Of a stretch of DNA of 64,000 nt, positions 8,872 to 19,603 are shown one piece after another. This stretch comes from Escherichia coli. GTDB lineage: Bacteria > Pseudomonadota > Gammaproteobacteria > Enterobacterales > Enterobacteriaceae. The stretch lies in the NCBI RefSeq assembly GCF_024700885.2, contig NZ_CP117016.1; one strand, written 5' to 3'. Numbering within the stretch: the stretch's first letter is position 1; every line of letters starts with the position of its first letter. A program made the translations under genes and the position numbers. The notes beneath the pieces are model-generated. The model ran no database searches, had not been told where the DNA came from, and was given only the letters and a program-made list of their open reading frames with translations.

Positions 8872-10626
8872 TTATAAAAACGCGTCGCACTCGTCTGTTG
8901 TTATTGCGTTAGTCTGCGTTACTCCCTTAACTTTCCGCGTAATATATTCATGTCCGTAAACTTTCGCGGCTGGCTTCATAGCCTTGCCAAAGTCATTTAC
9001 GTTTAGCGGTTTGCTCCTGCCTGCGTACGCCATAAACGCCAGATAGACGCGGTAAAGGCTGTTTCTGGTCGTGTACTTCACTGAATCGCCACCGCCGCCC
9101 ATCATCAGGCCGCGTGCTTCCTCCAGAAAATTCAGGAACTGGCAAAACTCAATAACCGGATCCGTCTGTTGCTTTATTGCCAGAGCTTCATCACCGTCAC
9201 GCTGTTCCAGTAGTAAAGCCCGTGCCTTCTCAGGGTCGGTAAAGTTCGCCAGCAATCGGCGGATAATGACAGGGATTTCAGCCGCGATCTTTTCCGGTAG
9301 CTCCCTGTCTTTTTCGGCCTCACTGACGATATTGTCGAAACGGAAAATCACGCGACGACGTGCCACACCTCCGGCCCGTTCGGTGAATATCATCGGGTTA
9401 TTGTTGGTCGCCAGCACCACCGCCCTGATTACCGCCGTGAAACGCTTTTCGTATTTCGGGTTAATTTCCACGGGGTCACCGCCCGTGATTTTCTTGATGC
9501 CCGTTCCTTCGCCTGTATATTTCGGCTGGTCAGCCAGGACGATAAGACGACTCCCGACAACCTGCGCACGTCCACCAGCATCATCAAGCGATGTCATTTC
9601 AGCGCTTACCGTGTTCTGTTTCCCTGCCAGAAGGCTGGCTATGTGTGTGAATGTACTTTTACCGCTCCCGCCGTCTCCGGTGGCCTCAATAAACATCTGC
9701 CAGTCGTACCGGTTCGCCATAATCATGTACAGCGCGGCACATATACGCATCATCTTGCGCGGGTCTTTTCCGGCTGCGTGCTCAAGCCATTTATGAAAGT
9801 TTGGCGCGTTATCGCGGATGTTCTCCCCTGGTGCTGGTGGCGTGTACTCAATGCCGTTGTGCGTGGTGATCCAGTTCTCCGGCGTGTGCGGGGAAAATTC
9901 CCCCGTTTTCAGGTCAAGCGCACCATTGGCGAACGGCAACAAATCGCCGGACGGCTCGCCCATTGGTTCGGCAATAACTTTTAACGCTTCCACGGCGTTA
10001 TTGATTACGCGCTTGCTGAAAGTGGCCCTGTGCTCTGAATAGATCGCCACCATTTCGCGGCTAAGTTCCATTGTGCTGACCGGACACCATACCCCGCCGC
10101 GCCATACGTGAACGATTTCACTTTCAGGATGTACGCAAACGCCATCAAAGCGATCGGCAAGCAGTTGCGCGCGCTCACTGTCCGCCATCTGCGAAAGTTG
10201 CGCCTTTTGCTTTACCGGAAGCTCAATGACCAGACCATCAGAAAGATTCTGGCGCTCACGGGCCAGATATTCGCGCCAGTTCTCCACCTTCTGACCGTGC
10301 ATACCATCAGGGTAAAAATTTGCATCCTGTACGCCTGCCGCCGCCAGCTTCTGACCAATCGCCTTTATCATTACTGGCGCAAGATATCCGGCCCTGAATA
10401 TGCGCACGGATTTTCTGCCTTCCGGCACAATTTGCAGCTTATCCAGTTCGGATAACTGCTGCTCCCCAAGCCACACAGGAGGCTCATTATCTCCGGCCAT
10501 ACGCGCGTCATGTTCCTGCCATTGTTTTGCGTGTGACCAGGCATCACTACCCGCAAAAATAATGACTTCTGTTTCTTTGTGTTTTATGCCGCGTGACTGC
10601 TGTTTTACGTTCGGTGCCAGTTTCAT
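8872..10626 (-). CDS. Replication initiator: phage/plasmid primase with D5/P4-type NTPase (helicase) domain
   Basis: 584-aa ORF with Walker A GDGGSGKST and downstream motifs typical of P4-family primase C-terminal domain; followed by iterons. Confidence 0.8.
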   Translation of the reverse strand: MKLAPNVKQQSRGIKHKETEVIIFAGSDAWSHAKQWQEHDARMAGDNEPPVWLGEQQLSELDKLQIVPEGRKSVRIFRAGYLAPVMIKAIGQKLAAAGVQDANFYPDGMHGQKVENWREYLARERQNLSDGLVIELPVKQKAQLSQMADSERAQLLADRFDGVCVHPESEIVHVWRGGVWCPVSTMELSREMVAIYSEHRATFSKRVINNAVEALKVIAEPMGEPSGDLLPFANGALDLKTGEFSPHTPENWITTHNGIEYTPPAPGENIRDNAPNFHKWLEHAAGKDPRKMMRICAALYMIMANRYDWQMFIEATGDGGSGKSTFTHIASLLAGKQNTVSAEMTSLDDAGGRAQVVGSRLIVLADQPKYTGEGTGIKKITGGDPVEINPKYEKRFTAVIRAVVLATNNNPMIFTERAGGVARRRVIFRFDNIVSEAEKDRELPEKIAAEIPVIIRRLLANFTDPEKARALLLEQRDGDEALAIKQQTDPVIEFCQFLNFLEEARGLMMGGGGDSVKYTTRNSLYRVYLAFMAYAGRSKPLNVNDFGKAMKPAAKVYGHEYITRKVKGVTQTNAITTDECDAFL

Positions 10627-10922
10627 TTTTTACCCCTGAATCCGTTAATCATGGTTTTCAGCTTCTGGATGTTTGCCCGTGCCCTGGCGTTGCTGGTGGA
10701 CACGTTATGCGGCGCGGTCTGTACCAGAGAAAAATCACGCCGGAACTGATAAACAGGCATCACGCAATCATATTCGTAACCTTCACGGCGGTAGGTTACG
10801 CGCCGTTCTTCCACGCCCTTAATCATTACCGTGCCGCCGTACTGGTCGCGGTAAATATCGCCGCGCGTAAATTTAGGGTGAGTGTTGCCACTGGCAGTTA
10901 AGCCAGAATATTTAAGTTTCAT
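10623..10922 (-). CDS. Hypothetical small protein (accessory operon gene 7)
   Basis: 99-aa ORF whose stop overlaps the primase start (ATGA). Confidence 0.5.
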   Translation of the reverse strand: MKLKYSGLTASGNTHPKFTRGDIYRDQYGGTVMIKGVEERRVTYRREGYEYDCVMPVYQFRRDFSLVQTAPHNVSTSNARARANIQKLKTMINGFRGKK

Positions 10923-10927
10923 TATTT

Positions 10928-11161
10928 TTATTCTCCGGTGTGCTGTTCTTTATATCTGTCGTGCAATAGATCTATTTCTTGCAGTTCCATTATTACAGGC
11001 TCAAGAAGCGTTATTAATGCCGTGGCAATTCTTGATTTTTGTTTGTCGCGTTCATTGTCGCCAAGTGTTTCAAGCCATATGCGCAATATTTCCAGCATGT
11101 TTTCACTGTGAGAAAGTGCAAGAAATGCGCGGTCTATTGTTTCGTGGTAAATATCACGCAT
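10928..11161 (-). CDS. Hypothetical small protein (accessory operon gene 6)
   Basis: 77-aa ORF, same strand, tightly packed. Confidence 0.45.
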   Translation of the reverse strand: MRDIYHETIDRAFLALSHSENMLEILRIWLETLGDNERDKQKSRIATALITLLEPVIMELQEIDLLHDRYKEQHTGE

Positions 11162-11387
11162 GGCTTACATCCTCAGGAAATTTTCTTCTATAACGCGCCT
11201 CTGCCACATATTCCGCATAATCGGCGGCGATATTCAGTACATCAAGCCCCGTTGATTTATATTCTCTCGTGGAAAGTAAGAAAAAAGCCGCTCTAATAAG
11301 TTCTGGCATTGACGAAAGCGCATCAGCCGCATCATCAGGAACGCCGGAAAATTCCTGTTTCAGGGAATTAAAACGATCATCACGCAT
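11154..11387 (-). CDS. Hypothetical small protein (accessory operon gene 5)
   Basis: 77-aa acidic ORF overlapping its neighbours by 8 bp. Confidence 0.45.
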   Translation of the reverse strand: MRDDRFNSLKQEFSGVPDDAADALSSMPELIRAAFFLLSTREYKSTGLDVLNIAADYAEYVAEARYRRKFPEDVSHA

Positions 11388-11763
11388 GTTTACCCCCCTG
11401 AATGACCTGATAACCGCAACTGGTCAGCAACTCGATAAATTCCGGCAGTGTGCCGAAACAGCAATCATCACGCAGCCGTTCACAGGATACCTCGACGCCG
11501 TTTTCGTAGTGACTCACCATACATCCGGTAAAATGCAGATCATCATCGTGATGGCTCGTTGACGGCTTAATCAGTCGCGCACGTTCCGCCAGTTCCAGCA
11601 ATGCTTCAACGCTTCCGGCAATTGCACCATCCGGCAGGTGATAATTACGCACTATGCGCCCGTTCTCCACATTGACCAGCAACTGCCCGGTAAATTTCTC
11701 ATCAAACTGAATGCTGTTAAGGTCAGAAATTGACAGATTATGCATGGTGCACCTCCTGCACAT
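11380..11763 (-). CDS. Hypothetical protein (accessory operon gene 4)
   Basis: 127-aa ORF; start may be the internal Met at 11745 (MHNLSI...). Confidence 0.5.
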   Translation of the reverse strand: MCRRCTMHNLSISDLNSIQFDEKFTGQLLVNVENGRIVRNYHLPDGAIAGSVEALLELAERARLIKPSTSHHDDDLHFTGCMVSHYENGVEVSCERLRDDCCFGTLPEFIELLTSCGYQVIQGGKHA

Positions 11764-12016
11764 CAGCCATGATAATTTTTCCGGCCTTATCCAGTGCCTG
11801 ATCGGCTTTTAGCTGCACAAATGCTAAATAATGGAAGATGCATTCTGATTCTCTGGCTGCGTGTTTATGCGCCCTGTCAGCAATAACAGAAATATCAATA
11901 AGCGCGTGCATCAGCGTAGTGAGCGCGGCGGCGGCTGCGTCCGGTGTGGTTTTATTGCACATGTACCCCTCCGCATTTTTTTTCGTTAGAAATAAGCGTT
12001 CTTCTTTCCTGTTCAT
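11738..12016 (-). CDS. Hypothetical small protein (accessory operon gene 3)
   Basis: 92-aa ORF; start may be the internal Met at 11962, which would remove most of the overlap with the upstream gene. Confidence 0.45.
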   Translation of the reverse strand: MNRKEERLFLTKKNAEGYMCNKTTPDAAAAALTTLMHALIDISVIADRAHKHAARESECIFHYLAFVQLKADQALDKAGKIIMADVQEVHHA

Positions 12017-12182
12017 CGCTCAGGAATACGCAGACCTCACCGCTAAGGCGTTTAAGTAAGCCGATGATTGCCCCTGATTCGCTGTCGGTCATCATGCCAG
12101 GGTAATCCTCTGCCAGTGCGCAAATAACTTCGATTTGGTGGGCGCGTTCTGCTGCCTGTTGTAGTGTGATTTCCTGGCTCAT
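11952..12182 (-). CDS. Hypothetical small protein (accessory operon gene 2)
   Basis: 76-aa ORF, start overlaps the stop of the upstream gene. Confidence 0.45.
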   Translation of the reverse strand: MSQEITLQQAAERAHQIEVICALAEDYPGMMTDSESGAIIGLLKRLSGEVCVFLSDEQERRTLISNEKKCGGVHVQ

Positions 12183-12379
12183 AAGCCTACCCCCTGACGA
12201 ATACGGGCAGCAAATACCATCACGCAGCCAGCCGGAGATTGCTGGCGTGCTTCCTGTTCGCTGGTGGCCTCAATGGTAATCACGCGCGGTTGTGCCGTGC
12301 TCAGGGCGATAAAACGCCAGATGTATTTATTCAGGTTGTGCGAGTCCCGCCCTTGCGGGTGTGTGGTATGATTTCTCAT
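12179..12379 (-). CDS. Hypothetical small protein, first gene of leftward operon (Cro-like position)
   Basis: 66-aa ORF starting MRNHTT at 12379; the 340-aa ORF in the track is read-through across the regulatory region. Confidence 0.4.
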   Translation of the reverse strand: MRNHTTHPQGRDSHNLNKYIWRFIALSTAQPRVITIEATSEQEARQQSPAGCVMVFAARIRQGVGL

Positions 12380-12476
12380 AGCTACCTCGATACTTTCGCT
12401 ATCGTTGGTGGTTAGAAGCCCGGTTAGTGTTAGCGCACTGCCGGGTTTCGTCGTTTCTGCACCTTGCGCCAACAAG

Positions 12477-12528
12477 GTGTTGAACACCAATTTAAACCCA
12501 GGTGTTAAACACGTCAAGTGTTGAACAC
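12477..12528. promoter_or_regulatory. Three palindromic operators GTGTTnAACAC between divergent promoters
   Basis: gtgttgaacac (12477..12487), gtgttaaacac (12502..12512), gtgttgaacac (12518..12528) in the gap between divergent gene sets. Confidence 0.6.
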
Positions 12529-12578
12529 TTATTTTTTTTCCTGCATACTGCATTTGTTTTTTATGAGGGGTACACCAC

Positions 12579-12758
12579 ATGGCGACAAAAGCGGTAAACG
12601 CAAAATCACAAACCGTTGCGGCAAGGGTTCCGCATGAAGTTATGAACAATGTTGAGGCGGTAAAAATGCCTGGCGAAAGTACGGGGCAATTTGTTACTGC
12701 GGCATTAAAACGAGAAGTTGAATATCGCCAGCGGCGCAAGGCCAAAGAACCAGAGTAA
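12579..12758 (+). CDS. Putative ribbon-helix-helix transcriptional regulator
   Basis: 59-aa ORF (below the track cutoff) with a Shine-Dalgarno-like gagggg upstream; beta-strand/helix/helix pattern typical of Arc/MetJ/CopG family; adjacent to operators. Confidence 0.5.
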   Translation: MATKAVNAKSQTVAARVPHEVMNNVEAVKMPGESTGQFVTAALKREVEYRQRRKAKEPE

Positions 12759-12800
12759 TCACCATCAGCGCCGTGGTGTAAGGTATTACGGCGCATTGCT

Positions 12801-12989
12801 ATGCAGGACAACACAATGACCGATAAAGAATTGACCAAAACATTATCACCGGCACGGAAAAGACGGCGCAGAAAGATAGAGCATGAATCAGAAAGATTCG
12901 CGCCATGTGCTTTTGCCCTTGAGCAATTCCTTAAAGAGTACAGGGAAAAGCGCTCATTGCAGGTATGGCAACGAACTGAACCAGACTGA
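12801..12989 (+). CDS. Hypothetical small basic protein
   Basis: 62-aa ORF downstream of the RHH gene on the same strand, followed by a terminator. Confidence 0.4.
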   Translation: MQDNTMTDKELTKTLSPARKRRRRKIEHESERFAPCAFALEQFLKEYREKRSLQVWQRTEPD

Positions 12990-13083
12990 TTGCATTGCCC
13001 ACCAGCCTGATAACGGCTATCATCCCCGTGCTTATGTTTGGGATCACACACACAAACGGCGCAGCGGGTTATCTGTTCAGAAA

Positions 13084-13113
13084 GGCGGCTCCATTTCGGG
13101 GCCGCTTTTTTTA
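13084..13113 (+). terminator. Rho-independent terminator of rightward regulatory transcript
   Basis: Hairpin gcggctcc-attt-cggggccgc followed by TTTTTTT. Confidence 0.55.
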
Positions 13114-13258
13114 TACCTGAAAAACCCCAATTTTGTTGTTTTTCAGTTTCACCAGGGCGAACGAATCCCCGCCCACGTTCTGGCGTATATTCAATCTTCA
13201 TGGTTATAGCTCTGTGTTCAGATGATTGATGTGTGGCGGCTGCGTGCCGCCAGCGTGA

Positions 13259-13528
13259 TTAATGAACTGCCTTGCAGCTATCCTTCCAGGCCAGAACCTC
13301 GGATAAAGACCAGCCAACGGAACGACCGCCAAGTTTACGACGTGATGGGAATTGTCCGGCCTTTTCCAGGCGGTAGCGACACGTACGGCTAAGGCCGGTT
13401 AGTTTTTCGCATTCTTTTTCACGTATAAACCGATCAGTGCTTAACACTATTGCCCCCCTTTCGTTTCTTAAAGAGTCATCAGGTGTCTTATTGTGTCGTA
13501 TTGTTCCCGCTAGAGTGATGAATGGCAA
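13259..13528 (-). CDS. alpA: AlpA-family phage transcriptional regulator / excisionase-like
   Basis: 89-aa ORF; C-terminal region ...LTGLSRTCRYRLEKAGQFPSRRKLGGRSVGWSLSEVLAW matches AlpA-family pattern; adjacent to int; true start may be downstream. Confidence 0.8.
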   Translation of the reverse strand: MPFITLAGTIRHNKTPDDSLRNERGAIVLSTDRFIREKECEKLTGLSRTCRYRLEKAGQFPSRRKLGGRSVGWSLSEVLAWKDSCKAVH

Positions 13529-13720
13529 ATACTGAGGATGTATGATTTACAGAAAATGAAACAGTAAGAATAAAATTTTTTAAATTCATGTTAATACAAA
13601 GGCATAAAATATTGTTCCATGCCTTTTTTCTCGCTCTTTAAAGAGTGATTCGCTAGTGTACAAAAAACCAGTAACGCATTAAAAATCAGCTACTTATAAA
13701 TCCGTACGCTTTTTCGCCTC

Positions 13721-13765
13721 TTGTTCGTAGTTGTTCCACATTGTTGCTCATTGTTGCACGTTGTA
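13721..13765. promoter_or_regulatory. Five 10-bp phased TTGTT repeats (reverse-complement of AACAA array) between int and alpA
   Basis: ttgttcgtag ttgttccaca ttgttgctca ttgttgcacg ttgta at exact 10-bp spacing. Confidence 0.5.
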
Positions 13766-13812
13766 TCTGTTCGCATATCCAGTATGCGCATACTGAAAAA
13801 ACACGAAAAAAA

Positions 13813-15042
13813 TTATTTTCTTCTGGCTACGGGTAGCGTGGTTACGTTTTCATGTGTTCCCGCCAGTATCCCTAACCGCTCCGTCCACATATCCAGCGCA
13901 TTGCGTTTCGCATCCAGATAACGGGAATGATTATAAACTCGCTGCATTCCTGGCATCTGGTGGCCTGTAAGCTGCTCCACGACATGCGGATCAACGCCTA
14001 AATCGTTCAGCATGGTTGTAAAGGTGCGCCGGATGTCATGCAGTGACCAGTGAGGGTGATTAAGCCTCCTGTACGCTAATCTTCCATACTGCGATACGCT
14101 GGCCTCCTGTTTCACTTCCCCCAGCAATAAGCCCGTGTGCCTGTTCTGCTCCACCAGCTGCGTGACGAACGGCAGGATCGCTTCCGGTATGGGCCGGAAT
14201 ATTGCGACCTTCGTTTTGCTGTGCTCCTTCGGAACGGTCCATAGCATTTCCGTAAAATCCCACTCCCCGATCTCCGATAACCTCAGTTCTACCGTTCTGG
14301 CTCCGAAGACAATCAGGAGGCGGATTAACGCGACGTAGTAAGGGGAGAATATTTTTTTGTCCAGTGCCTGCAATAATTCGCCAAGTTCTTTGTTACTTAA
14401 GACACGTTCGCTTATATCCGGTTTTTTCCCAACGTCCGCAACGTTCAGATCGTCCAGAACGTTGCTGATTGCATAGCGCCGCCTACGGCAGAACTTAAGC
14501 GCCTGTTTGCACGCCTGTAGCACGAATCCGGCAGTAACAGGCGTTCGCTTTGCCACCTGGTCAAAACAGGCCAGCCAGTGCCGTAGCTCGCATTTATCCA
14601 GCGGCATAGCACCAATCTGCTGTATTACGTGATTATTAAGTCGCCTTTTCAGGGCGATATAATCCACGCGGTTTTCCTTTACGTAATACTCAAGCCAGTA
14701 GGTGAGCGCATCGCCAACCGTTACGGGCTTTAACGCTTCCTGTACGGTGTAATTCATCTCATGACGTGGATTTTTCCCCTCAGCCAGCCATGTGCGACAC
14801 TGTGCGGCTTTTTCCCTGGCTGCTTTCAGGCTCAGATCAGGATAACTTCCCAGCTTAATGCGTTCGGGTCGTGTCTCCCTTCCCGTTCCGGCCCTGTATG
14901 TGAAATACCAGGTCAATTTCCCTGATGTTAAATATTTCACGCTCAGGTTTCCGCCATCACTATAAAACGTGTTTTTCTCCGCTGGCTTACCATGAAGTTT
15001 CCTTAGCAAGGTATCGCTCAGTTTGTTCATTGCTCTGCTCAC
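13813..15042 (-). CDS. int: Tyrosine-type site-specific integrase (P4-like)
   Basis: 409-aa ORF with catalytic-domain motifs (HDIRRTF, GHQ, VYNHSRY) at the island end next to the chromosomal junction. Confidence 0.92.
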   Translation of the reverse strand: MSRAMNKLSDTLLRKLHGKPAEKNTFYSDGGNLSVKYLTSGKLTWYFTYRAGTGRETRPERIKLGSYPDLSLKAAREKAAQCRTWLAEGKNPRHEMNYTVQEALKPVTVGDALTYWLEYYVKENRVDYIALKRRLNNHVIQQIGAMPLDKCELRHWLACFDQVAKRTPVTAGFVLQACKQALKFCRRRRYAISNVLDDLNVADVGKKPDISERVLSNKELGELLQALDKKIFSPYYVALIRLLIVFGARTVELRLSEIGEWDFTEMLWTVPKEHSKTKVAIFRPIPEAILPFVTQLVEQNRHTGLLLGEVKQEASVSQYGRLAYRRLNHPHWSLHDIRRTFTTMLNDLGVDPHVVEQLTGHQMPGMQRVYNHSRYLDAKRNALDMWTERLGILAGTHENVTTLPVARRK

Positions 15043-15067
15043 GTTTTACCCCCTCTTTACGAAAAAG

Positions 15068-15144
15068 TGACTACACCAGTGACTACACCGATCGTTGCAC
15101 AAAGGGCTACAACGTGAAACAAGCTGGAACAAGGAAAATCACAA
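15068..15144. repeat. Right-end repeat block, copy of 38..104
   Basis: tgactacaccagtgactacaccg (15068..15090) then phased AACAA at 15118, 15128, 15140. Confidence 0.6.
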
Positions 15145-15215
15145 ATCTATTGATAATCAAAAACATAATGCACAGCCTGAAACATTATGAAACAGCAAAA
15201 AACACTAAATGATAA

Positions 15216-16124
15216 AATGCTGTTATTCTTAACCCGCTGGTGCAACACATGGTCCGCTGGCGTGTGCCGCGTGTACTGGCAGTGTCGATTTTGATGACCA
15301 TCATCGTGATGGCGATGGTGTTGCTGTTAGCTTATCTGGGTTCCGCACTCAACGAGTTGACGCGGACGTTACCGCAATATCGCAACTCTATTATGACGCC
15401 GCTGCAAGCTCTTGAACCGTTGTTGCAACGCGTAGGGATTGACGTCTCAGTTGACCAACTGGCGCATTACATTGATCCGAACGCGGCGATGACGTTGCTC
15501 ACCAACTTATTGACGCAGTTATCTAATGCCATGTCATCAATCTTTTTATTGCTGCTGACGGTGCTGTTTATGCTGCTCGAAGTGCCACAATTGCCCGGAA
15601 AATTTCAGCAAATGATGGCGCGTCCGGTTGAAGGGATGGCGGCGATTCAGCGTGCGATTGACAGTGTGTCTCATTATCTGGTGCTGAAAACAGCCATCAG
15701 CATCATCACCGGCCTGGTCGCCTGGGCGATGCTCGCCGCACTCGATGTTCGCTTCGCTTTTGTCTGGGGATTGCTGGCCTTTGCGCTTAATTACATCCCG
15801 AATATTGGTTCAGTTCTCGCGGCAATCCCCCCTATTGCTCAGGTACTGGTGTTTAATGGCTTCTACGAAGCGTTGCTGGTGCTGGCGGGATATCTGCTGA
15901 TTAATCTGGTCTTCGGCAATATTCTGGAGCCACGCATCATGGGGCGTGGGCTGGGGCTTTCCACATTGGTGGTATTTTTGTCGTTGATTTTTTGGGGATG
16001 GTTGTTAGGACCGGTGGGTATGCTGCTTTCCGTGCCGTTGACAATTATTGTCAAAATTGCGCTTGAACAAACAGCGGGAGGTCAAAGCATCGCCGTTCTG
16101 TTAAGCGATCTCAATAAAGAGTGA
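15216..16124 (+). pseudogene. tqsA: tqsA (AI-2 exporter) truncated at 5' end by island insertion
   Basis: Reading frame matches TqsA from about residue 47 ([13 protein letters not shown]...) to the native stop; in-frame stop at 15213..15215 and island sequence upstream; N-terminal 46 codons and promoter absent from window. Confidence 0.8.
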
Positions 16125-16144
16125 CGGCCTCCGCAGAGGCCGTC
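16123..16144. terminator. Hairpin between convergent tqsA and pntB
   Basis: gacggcctc-cgca-gaggccgtc; no strong T-run. Confidence 0.35.
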
Positions 16145-16148
16145 AGGG

Positions 16149-17540
<1,392 letters not shown>

Positions 17541-17547
17541 TTACCCC

Positions 17548-19143
<1,596 letters not shown>

Positions 19144-19603
19144 TCATGTACGAGCTAAATGTTACTCCGTTAAAATAAATTAGTAACAAACGCCCTATAA
19201 CGTACTGAAAATTATGCCTGTGATCTAGCGCCAAAAATCAGTATTTCGGCGTGAACTCGCAAAATATTAACGATTCAGCCGTGATAGTGGGATAAACACC
19301 TTAGAACGGCGGATAAAGACTGATAATTGTCTTCGGCGGTCGGGTAAAACGAGACATCGCCCCGGCACGAATCACTACTTAACATTAAATTAACTTATAC
19401 AATTCAGTTGCTTCAGTAGTAATGATGCTGATACGGCTGTTTTTTAAGCATAGACGGTCATTTGAGCAGGATTAAAATTGGCTTAAGGAATGTGATATGA
19501 AAAATGACGCAGACAGTTACACCGTTTAAATGCAATAATCAGCCACGTTTCTCGTTAATAACAATACCAGTACCTGGTTTGCGCAAGGCGAAGGATTATT
19601 TTT

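Larger units (their letters stand above)
1..15215. mobile_element. Integrated phage-satellite island (PICI-like, capsid-forming type); left boundary off-window, right junction inside tqsA
   Basis: Contiguous int, alpA, RHH regulator with operators, primase, iterons, SSB and a complete head/packaging module with no tail or lysis genes; abrupt switch to core tqsA at about 15216. Confidence 0.8.

Noticed and set aside
9071-9984. 241-aa and 113-aa plus-strand ORFs antisense to the primase gene
   Set aside because: Ser/Arg-rich low-complexity translations lying wholly inside the primase coding region
12179-13201. 340-aa minus-strand ORF spanning the operator region and the rightward small genes
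   Set aside because: It reads through the palindromic operators, the opposite-strand RHH gene and a terminator, with no domain features; only the last 66 codons (12179..12379) are plausibly coding
13232-13253. Hairpin ggcggctgcgtgccgcc downstream of alpA as a terminator
   Set aside because: No T-run on either strand; it may be a regulatory stem but cannot be called a terminator
1-15215. Interpretation as a complete or defective tailed prophage
   Set aside because: No tail, tape-measure, baseplate, fibre, holin or endolysin genes; the gene content is that of a satellite, although sequence left of the window could not be inspected
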